A DNA stretch of 64,000 nt, from contig NSJK01000003.1 in the NCBI GenBank assembly GCA_002632325.1, positions 37,957 through 101,956 of the forward strand, in the 5' to 3' direction. This DNA comes from Lysobacterales bacterium. GTDB taxonomy: Bacteria > Pseudomonadota > Gammaproteobacteria > Xanthomonadales > Rhodanobacteraceae. The notes under the pieces were generated by a model. That model was not told where the DNA came from and searched no databases. It worked only from the letters and a program-made list of their open reading frames with translations. Shown piece by piece: positions 54,466 through 64,000 of this stretch (its first letter is position 1; the number at the start of each line of letters is the position of its first letter). The translations under genes and the position numbers were made by a program.

Positions 54466-54543
54466 GGGGCGTTCCAGTCTCAGGTCTTGCTCATGCCGTC
54501 GGGCGCAGGTGTCGGGCAGCGGCTTGATCGGCGTGGCCCTGAA

Positions 54544-55197
54544 TCAGGCTTGCATGCTTCGATACGGTGCAAGCAGCGTCGGATCGGCAAACAGCGCGTC
54601 GGGCACCAGCCAGCGGGGTTCGTGGCCTTGCGCGAGCAGGGTGCGGATCCGCGTCGCCGAGATCTCCAGCGAGGTGACTTCGATCGTCAGCACGCGACCG
54701 GCAGGTGACTGGCGCAACTGCGTCGCGTCGCGCGCGCGGCGCGAGGCGATCCTGGTACGCAATTCGGTCGGCAACACACCGCCATGGCCGGGGCGCGTGA
54801 GCACGCCGATGTGGGCGTGGGCAAAGAGTTCTGCCCAGCGATGCCAGCTCGGCAGCCCCGCGAACGCATCGGCGCCGATCAGCAGCACCAGCGGACGCGC
54901 TTCACCGATCTCGGCGCGAATTTCGATGAGGGTGTCGATCGTGTAAGAAGGCCCCTCGCGCTGCAGTTCGCGCGCATCGAGCGTGAGTCGCTGCTGCCCG
55001 CGCAGCGCGGCTTGTACCAGGGCGACGCGCTGCTGCGCGCTTGCGACTGGTTGCTCACGATGCGGCGGCACATGGGCCGGCAGGATGCGCACGTCGGCGT
55101 CCAGCTGTTCGGCGGCTTCCCAGGCCACGCGCAGGTGCGCGTTGTGGATCGGATCGAAGGTGCCGCCGAACAGCGCCAGCGGACGGTTCTCGCTCAC
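54544..55197 (-). CDS. nadD: Nicotinate-nucleotide adenylyltransferase NadD
   Basis: In frame within ORF 54544..55332. GTG 55197 gives VSENRPLALFGGTFDPIHNAHL. ..ISATRIR... Start overlaps the holA stop. Confidence 0.9.
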   Translation of the reverse strand: MSENRPLALFGGTFDPIHNAHLRVAWEAAEQLDADVRILPAHVPPHREQPVASAQQRVALVQAALRGQQRLTLDARELQREGPSYTIDTLIEIRAEIGEARPLVLLIGADAFAGLPSWHRWAELFAHAHIGVLTRPGHGGVLPTELRTRIASRRARDATQLRQSPAGRVLTIEVTSLEISATRIRTLLAQGHEPRWLVPDALFADPTLLAPYRSMQA

Positions 55198-56213
55198 GCG
55201 AGCAGACCCTGCGCGCGACGCGGCGCGGCGATCGCGGCGATGAGGCGCTCGAACTCGCGCCAGGCATCGCCTTCGCCACGGCCCTTGGCGATGCGATCGA
55301 TCTGGCCGGCCTGCACCAGACAGCGCTCCCAATGCGCGCCATCGCCGCTTTTGAGCGCGCGCCGAAACAGGCCCTCGCGCGCAGCGGGCCAGATGCGCTC
55401 GCCGCGCAATGCGGATTCCGGATTGGCTGTGGCGCCCACGCGCGCAAGCACACGCAACTGGGTCAGGATCCAGCCGAGCATGGGAATGAGCTCCTCGCCC
55501 TCCTCGCGCAGGCCGCTGACGATGCGCAGCGCGCGCGTCGCATCGCCCGCGAGTGCGGCATCGGCCAAGCGAAACACGTCGTAGCGCGCATCATCGGCAA
55601 CGCTCGCTTCGAGCGCCGCGACATCCAGCGTGCCGCCTGCATGCAGCAAGGCGAGTTTGTCGATTTCCTGCGCGACCGCGAGCAGGTTGCCTTCGAGCCG
55701 ATCAGCCAGCAGTTCGATCGCATCCGCTTCGATCGCAAGACCTCGCGCTGCCGCGCGCGCACCGATCCAGGCCGGCAGTTCCTCGCGCTTGAGCGGCCAC
55801 ACCGGCACGAACACGCCGGCGCGTTCGATCGCGTTCGACCATGCGCCTTCGTGCTTGCCGCTCCAATCGTTGGCACTGACCATGAGCACGGTGTCAGGTG
55901 GCGGCGCGGCGCAGAACTCGATCAGCGCGGCCACACCTTCCTTGCCCGGTTTGCCGCTGGGCAGACGCAGGTCGATGAGCTTGCGGCTCGCAAACAGCGA
56001 CAGCGACTGACCCGCGTCGACGAGGCGATGCCAGTCGAAACTGGCTTCGACATCGAGCACCTCGCGTTCGAGATAGCCCAGCGCCTTGGCGCGTGCGCGC
56101 AGCGCATCGGCGGCCTCGATCACCAGCAGGTGCTCGGCGCCAGCGAGGAGATACGCAGGCTTGAGCTCGCCTGCGGCAAGCTGTTTGTGGAAAGCGGCGA
56201 GCTTGGTGGCCAT
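55194..56213 (-). CDS. holA: DNA polymerase III delta subunit HolA
   Basis: ORF 55194..56213. ..LKPAYLLAGAEHLLV.., ..LFASRKLIDLRLPSGKPGKEG... Conserved lptE-holA-nadD order. Confidence 0.85.
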   Translation of the reverse strand: MATKLAAFHKQLAAGELKPAYLLAGAEHLLVIEAADALRARAKALGYLEREVLDVEASFDWHRLVDAGQSLSLFASRKLIDLRLPSGKPGKEGVAALIEFCAAPPPDTVLMVSANDWSGKHEGAWSNAIERAGVFVPVWPLKREELPAWIGARAAARGLAIEADAIELLADRLEGNLLAVAQEIDKLALLHAGGTLDVAALEASVADDARYDVFRLADAALAGDATRALRIVSGLREEGEELIPMLGWILTQLRVLARVGATANPESALRGERIWPAAREGLFRRALKSGDGAHWERCLVQAGQIDRIAKGRGEGDAWREFERLIAAIAAPRRAQGLLA

Positions 56214-56237
56214 CGCGCGTGGAAGCCTTCTGCGCGC

Positions 56238-56738
56238 TCAGTGTTCGCCGTGGCCGAGCACCTGCAGGCGGCGCAGGATCGTCGCCACCATGTCGCGCTG
56301 CAGTTCCTCGCGCAGCAGATCGGTTTCGGCCGACACACCCAAGGCCTGACTGGCATCGAAGGTGAAGTCGCGGCTGAGTTCGATCGTCTGCTTGGGCAAG
56401 AGCGCGGTGCCCGCGGCGTCATTGACCTCGAACTCGACGCGATAACGCATCGCGTATTCGGTCGCGCGCGCGTTGCCGCCGACCGAAAGTACTTCGGTAT
56501 TGAGCGCATTGGTGCTGATCTTGAGCGTCGCCACGCCCGACCCGGCCTGCGCGACGAGCTGCGCGCCCGAACGCGGCAGCGCCTTGGCCAGACCGCGCGC
56601 CAGTTCGCTGGAGCCATCGGCAATCTCGATGTGCACGCGCTGCATGCTCGCCGGCAGGCTCGCTTCCTTGCGCAGATGGAAACCACAACCCGCGAGGACG
56701 GCGGCGAACAGGAAGGGCAACAGGCGATGCAGGATCAT
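56238..56738 (-). CDS. lptE: LPS-assembly lipoprotein LptE
   Basis: In frame within ORF 56238..56816. ATG 56738 gives MILHRLLPFLFAAVLAGCGFHLR (lipobox LAGC). Conserved position upstream of holA. Confidence 0.85.
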   Translation of the reverse strand: MILHRLLPFLFAAVLAGCGFHLRKEASLPASMQRVHIEIADGSSELARGLAKALPRSGAQLVAQAGSGVATLKISTNALNTEVLSVGGNARATEYAMRYRVEFEVNDAAGTALLPKQTIELSRDFTFDASQALGVSAETDLLREELQRDMVATILRRLQVLGHGEH

Positions 56739-56884
56739 GCGGGTTCCCGGCGGCTCGGGCTGGGCGAAAGGAATGCGCATCATACGGTGCCGGCCGGTCT
56801 GCCCGCGAGCCTGCACGATGACGCATGCACAGCGCGAGCTTACGCGGCATCATGGCGGCTCGCTTCCCGCATCGGAGCCTCACC

Positions 56885-58246
56885 ATGCAACGCCGCGACT
56901 TCCTCAAGACCTCCCTGCTCGGCGCCGCCACCCTGGCCGCCCCTTCCCTGAGCTTCGCGGCCAAGCCGCGCGAGAAGCTGCGCGTGGCGATGATCGGGAC
57001 CGGCCTGCGCGGCCAGTCGCAGCTTGGCCCCCTGCTCAGCCGCAGCGACGTCGAGCTCACCGCGATCTGCGATACCCAGCAGGTGATGCTCGACAAGGCG
57101 CTGGCGATCATCGCCAAGGCCGGTCGGCGCAAGCCCGCGGTGATCGGCGGCAATGGCGACGTGCAGGCGTGGAAGAAACTTCTCGCGCGCAAGGATATCG
57201 ACGCGGTGTTCATCGTCACGCCCTGGGAGTGGCATGCGCCGATGGCGATCGCGGCGATGGAGGCGAAGATCGCGGTCGCCTGCGAGGTCGTCGCCGGCAT
57301 CACGCTCAAGGATCACTGGGACGTGCTGCGCACCCAGTTGCACACCGGCACGCCCTACATGCTGATGGAAAACGTCTGCTATCGGCGCGACGTGCTTGCG
57401 GTGCTGCAGATGGTGCGCGCGGGTCTGTTCGGCGAGCTGGTGCATCTGCAGGCCGGCTACCAGCACGATCTGCGCGGCGTGCGCTTCAACTCGGGCAATC
57501 CCGACGAGCCTTACGACAGCGGCGTCGAATATGGCGCCAAGGGATTTTCCGAAGCGCAGTGGCGCACCCAGCACGCGATCGATCGCAATGGCGATCTGTA
57601 TCCGAGTCATGGCATCGGACCGTGCGCGATGTACCTCAACATTCATCGTGGCAACCGCTTCACCCATCTCAACAGCTTCGCCAGCAAGTCGCGCGGTCTG
57701 CACGACTACATCCTCAAGCATCCCAAGGGCGGGCCGAACCACCCCAATGCCCAGCTCAAGTTCGCGCTGGGTGATCTGGTCACCACCACGCTGCGTTGCG
57801 AGAACGGCGAGACCATCATGCTGCAGCTCGACACTTCGCTGCCGCGCCCCTATTCGCTGGGTTTCCGCGTGCAGGGCACCGATGGCCTGTGGATGGACAT
57901 CAACCGCTCGATCCACGTCGAAGGCAAGAGCCCGCCACACAAGTGGGAAGAAGCGCAGAAGTACTACGACGAATACGACCATCCGTTGTGGCGCAAGTAC
58001 GCCGACAAGGCGGCTGGAGCGGGCCACGGCGGCATGGACTGGTTCGTCGTGCACGCCTTCATCGAAGCACTCAAGGCTGGTGCGCCGATGCCGATCGACA
58101 TCTACGACGCGGTCGCGTGGAGCGCGATCACGCCGTTGTCCGAACAGTCGATCGCCGAAGGCTATCGAACCCTGCCCTTCCCCGATTTCACCGAGGGCGC
58201 ATGGCAGACGCGCAAGCCGATCTTCGCCCTCGATGATCGCTACTGA
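56885..58246 (+). CDS. Tat-exported Gfo/Idh/MocA-fold NAD-dependent enzyme, glycoside hydrolase family 109-like
   Basis: In frame within ORF 56825..58246. ATG 56885 gives MQRRDFLKTSLLGAATLAAPSLSFA (twin-Arg). Rossmann LRVAMIGTGLRG. ..YMLMENVCYRRD... Confidence 0.75.
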   Translation: MQRRDFLKTSLLGAATLAAPSLSFAAKPREKLRVAMIGTGLRGQSQLGPLLSRSDVELTAICDTQQVMLDKALAIIAKAGRRKPAVIGGNGDVQAWKKLLARKDIDAVFIVTPWEWHAPMAIAAMEAKIAVACEVVAGITLKDHWDVLRTQLHTGTPYMLMENVCYRRDVLAVLQMVRAGLFGELVHLQAGYQHDLRGVRFNSGNPDEPYDSGVEYGAKGFSEAQWRTQHAIDRNGDLYPSHGIGPCAMYLNIHRGNRFTHLNSFASKSRGLHDYILKHPKGGPNHPNAQLKFALGDLVTTTLRCENGETIMLQLDTSLPRPYSLGFRVQGTDGLWMDINRSIHVEGKSPPHKWEEAQKYYDEYDHPLWRKYADKAAGAGHGGMDWFVVHAFIEALKAGAPMPIDIYDAVAWSAITPLSEQSIAEGYRTLPFPDFTEGAWQTRKPIFALDDRY

Positions 58247-58307
58247 GCCGCGCCCGCTTGCGGTCGTGACGAAACCAGGACCGCGCCGTCGACACGGAAC
58301 CCATTCC

Positions 58308-59018
58308 GTGTCGCGCGGCGCGCAGCGCGCATGCGCATTGGCGACGTTGGTCGCCTGTCTGGCAATTGCGATCGCACCACATCCCGCGCGCGCCGACAAT
58401 CAGCCCTCGTTCGTGAGTCAGGACGCCTTCATCGCCGCGCATCCGGACCTGTATTGGCGCCGCGAAGGCGCCCGCAACCACGCGCGCGGTCGTTACAGCG
58501 AGGCGATGACCGCGTTCCGACGCGCAGCGCGCTACGCCGACAAACCTTCGCAGGCGGTGATCGCGCAGATGTTGTGGAACGGCGAAGGCGTAGCGGCCGA
58601 TCGCGCGATGGCCTATGTCTGGGCGGATCTTGCTGCCGAACGCGGCTATCCGGACTTGATTGCCACGCGCGAGAAGTTCTGGCTTGCGCTCAGCGCCGAA
58701 CAACGCGAACGCGCAGTTGCCATCGGCGGAGCCGTCTTCGATGAATTTGCCGACACCGTCGCCAAGCCTCGCGAGGAACGGGCCCTGCGGCGGGCTCGTC
58801 AGCAGATCACCGGCAGCCGCACCGGCCGCCCGGGTACGATCTCGGTGTTCCAATACGACCATGCGACCGGCAATTTCGACATGAGCGATGGCGCGCTCTA
58901 CTACGACGCACGCTATTGGTCGCCCGAACTCTACTGGCAATGGCAGGATCGCCCGTGGAAGCCCGATCCACGCGGCAAGGTCGAGATCGGACCGATTCAG
59001 GCATCGCCGACGCCTTGA
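58308..59018 (+). CDS. Secreted Sel1-like repeat protein
   Basis: In frame within the 3' part of ORF 57396..59018. Start GTG 58308 (VSRGAQRACALATLVACLAIAIAPHPARA signal peptide) or ATG 58233. Sel1-type repeat ..AQMLWNGEGVAADRAMAYVWADLAAERG... Confidence 0.6.
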   Translation: MSRGAQRACALATLVACLAIAIAPHPARADNQPSFVSQDAFIAAHPDLYWRREGARNHARGRYSEAMTAFRRAARYADKPSQAVIAQMLWNGEGVAADRAMAYVWADLAAERGYPDLIATREKFWLALSAEQRERAVAIGGAVFDEFADTVAKPREERALRRARQQITGSRTGRPGTISVFQYDHATGNFDMSDGALYYDARYWSPELYWQWQDRPWKPDPRGKVEIGPIQASPTP

Positions 59019-59132
59019 AGGCAGGCATTGTCGGATCCGATGCTGCGCAGCTTGATCCGACCTGCGCCTCATGCACGACATCGTAGGTCGGCCCAAACGC
59101 CGAAAGCGTGGAGCCGACACCGCGGCGCCGGC

Positions 59133-61907
<2,775 letters not shown>

Positions 61908-62112
61908 CTATCGCAGCGCAGCATGCGAGGAAAGGCAAGCGCTTGTTTGCGCGAGAATCGGGAATCGGGACCTGCCGAGACGCACGACTCCATGCGACAA
62001 GTTCGACCGTCATCGTGGCAAGCTGGGCCATTGGGATTACGGGTACCTTCCTGCGTATCTGAAGGCAATCGCATCGCAAGTTCCACCCTTTGACCCACGA
62101 GGATCCTGCATC

Positions 62113-63429
62113 ATGAAACCCAAACCCATGACACTCACGCTTCTTGCTGCAGTGATCGCCACAGCGTTCGGCGCAGCATCGGCAGGTGCCCAGTCGGCAA
62201 AGTCGGCCCCCGCCAACACGACGCCACCCGTGCAGTACTGGATGGACGTGGCGACGTTTTCGATGATGGGCATGGATGAAATGCCCGAGATGGAAGGCAT
62301 GGCGGGCATGATGATGGGCGGCATGATGAACCGGAACGCCATGACCGGACGCGATGGCCGCCACGCCAAGGGCGTGGGCAACTTTGGCCAGACCAAGGGC
62401 ATGGGCGGCATGATGGGTCGCCAGCTCGACATCGCGCTGTACACGCGCACCAAGCCGGCCGGCACCTCGGCCACACAGGAGATTCCCGATCGCGCCGATG
62501 TCGGTGCCAATCCGCTGCATCTGGTGACACCGCCGCGTGAAGCCACGACGGGCTCGAACGACGACCCGGTCTATCCCGAGCGTCCGCGCGGCCGCATCCT
62601 GTTCTACTGGGGCTGCAGCGCGCAGGTGAAGGCAGGCCAGCCGCGCATCCTCGACATGAGCAAGCTCTCGGCGCTGGACTACACCAATTTCATGCAGGGC
62701 CGCAGCGTGAAGGATCGCGGCGCACGCGCCGAAGCCGGTTACGCGATCTGGCCCAACGAGCGTGAGAACTCGCACATCCGCCGCGATGCCTCGCTGGCGG
62801 GCCAACACAGCCTCAGCGGTGAGGGCGTGCCGGCAAGCATGAGCTTCACGCTCGGCCACGATCAGGATTTCATGCCCAGTCTCAAGGTCGACTCCGCGGG
62901 CGACCTCAAGGACAGCGTGCACGTGAGCTGGCAGACGCTGCCGACCGCGCGCGCCTATCTGCTCACCGCGATGAGCGGCGGCAAGGATCACAACGACGAT
63001 CCGGAAATGGTGATCTGGAGTTCTTCCGAGCCGCCCGAGTCTGGCATGGGCCTGATGGACTACGTCTCCAACGCCAACATCGACAAGTGGCTCGGCGAGA
63101 AAGTGCTGCTGCCGGCCAATCAGAGCGAATGCGACGTGCCGGCCGGCATCTTCGCCAAGAGCGAAGGCGCGATGCTGCAGGCAATCGCCTATGGCAACGA
63201 GCTCAACATCGTGCATCCGCCGCGTCCGGCCAATCCGAAGACACCGTGGACGCCGGAATGGTCAGTGCGCGTGCGCAACAAGTCGGTGGCGATGAACATG
63301 CTCGGGCAGGAAAACGCCGACATGGGCGACGATCGACCCAGCCGCTCGGGCCGCAACGAGCGCAAACAGCGCAACGAGGAAGAACGCCCCGGCCCCGGCA
63401 GCGTGCTGCGCAACATCTTCAAGCGCTGA
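62113..63429 (+). CDS. Secreted hypothetical protein with Met-rich N-terminal segment
   Basis: In frame within ORF 61846..63429. ATG 62113 gives MKPKPMTLTLLAAVIATAFGAASAGA (signal peptide), followed by FSMMGMDEMPEMEGMAGMMMGGMMNRNAM...GMGGMMG. Basic C-terminal tail. Confidence 0.7.
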   Translation: MKPKPMTLTLLAAVIATAFGAASAGAQSAKSAPANTTPPVQYWMDVATFSMMGMDEMPEMEGMAGMMMGGMMNRNAMTGRDGRHAKGVGNFGQTKGMGGMMGRQLDIALYTRTKPAGTSATQEIPDRADVGANPLHLVTPPREATTGSNDDPVYPERPRGRILFYWGCSAQVKAGQPRILDMSKLSALDYTNFMQGRSVKDRGARAEAGYAIWPNERENSHIRRDASLAGQHSLSGEGVPASMSFTLGHDQDFMPSLKVDSAGDLKDSVHVSWQTLPTARAYLLTAMSGGKDHNDDPEMVIWSSSEPPESGMGLMDYVSNANIDKWLGEKVLLPANQSECDVPAGIFAKSEGAMLQAIAYGNELNIVHPPRPANPKTPWTPEWSVRVRNKSVAMNMLGQENADMGDDRPSRSGRNERKQRNEEERPGPGSVLRNIFKR

Positions 63430-63720
63430 ACGCACAGGCGCAGGCAACATGCGCGGGATCGGCGGCAGCCGATCCCCATCGCGGGTGACATCAAGGATCG
63501 ATTTCCACTCACGCAAGCCGCCGCTTCACCCGTGGACTGGCATGAAACTTGATGCACCACGCTCGCAACAGCGCATGCAACCGGCCCCGAAACAGGGTGT
63601 ACCGGCGCGTGAGGATGTGCGACCACGTTTTCCAGACAGGGCAATGGCATCCGACGCCATCATTTTCCGTTTACCTCGATCGGAAGGACGGTCCTTCCTT
63701 GCACTCAGGAGACGGGAATC

Positions 63721-64000
63721 ATGCAATCGCACATGCTGCGCGCCGCTCTCGCGGCCGCCATCGGGCTGGGGATCGCTACCACCGCATCCGCCCAGAACTT
63801 CACCTACCACGGCCAGTTGCAGGACGCCGGCAAGGCTGCCAATGGCAGCTATGACCTGCAGCTGACCCTCTACTCGGCCGCACAAGGCGGCAGCGCGATC
63901 GCCGGCCCGATCACGCTCTATGGCGTATCGGTCAAGGACGGCAGCTTCGTGTCCGAAGTGAATTTCGGCCCGACTGCGCCACTCATGGAGCAGGCCTGGC
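63721..64000 (+). CDS. Secreted hypothetical protein, 5' fragment (continues beyond the window)
   Basis: Hand translation from ATG 63721 (GGAGA RBS upstream): MQSHMLRAALAAAIGLGIATTASAQNFTYHGQLQDAGKAANGSYDLQLTLYSAAQGG... Open to the window end. Not in the track because there is no stop. Confidence 0.6.
   Translation, partial: MQSHMLRAALAAAIGLGIATTASAQNFTYHGQLQDAGKAANGSYDLQLTLYSAAQGGSAIAGPITLYGVSVKDGSFVSEVNFGPTAPLMEQAW

Overview
High-GC (about 65-72% from spot counts of single lines) gammaproteobacterial chromosome segment. Gene content and synteny look Xanthomonadales/Lysobacterales-like; that assignment is inference only. I recognise about 58 protein-coding genes and no rRNA, tRNA, CRISPR array, transposase or integrase. 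Housekeeping blocks: rmuC, two DsbC/DsbG paralogues, the methionine-salvage operon mtnB-mtnD-(PH-domain gene)-mtnC, two APC amino-acid permeases, folC-dedD-cvpA-purF, pit/DUF47, trmJ/suhB, ompA-family, prpD, rlmH-rsfS, deaD, and nadD-holA-lptE ... leuS. Non-core content: (1) a lower-GC islet of three secreted proteins of unknown function (9.3-12.1 kb); (2) two arrays of GTAG-type REP palindromes bracketing a doc/AbrB-type toxin-antitoxin pair (12.36-14.34 kb); (3) an envelope glycosylation locus, GT2-DUF2304-GT4, convergent with a DUF455 gene and two membrane protein genes (14.4-20.1 kb); (4) a DUF1800-DUF1501-cupredoxin operon next to a truncated histidine kinase (25.5-29.7 kb); (5) a 14.6-kb plus-strand block sitting between the normally adjacent nadD and rsfS. 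That block holds an ECF sigma factor translationally coupled to a Ser/Thr kinase, a secreted TPR-CHAT (caspase-like) protein, three CSLREA-type parallel beta-helix exoproteins that all end in IFADGFD, deaD, and a five-unit array of 199-221 bp low-GC tandem repeats with nested 22-bp sub-repeats and long inverted repeats. The sigma/kinase/CHAT/beta-helix block is my best candidate for an uncharacterised system, and the tandem-repeat array is the most striking unexplained non-coding structure. All domain calls come from motif recognition by eye and no searches were run. Many long ORFs in the track are antisense or shadow ORFs typical of high-GC DNA and were discarded.
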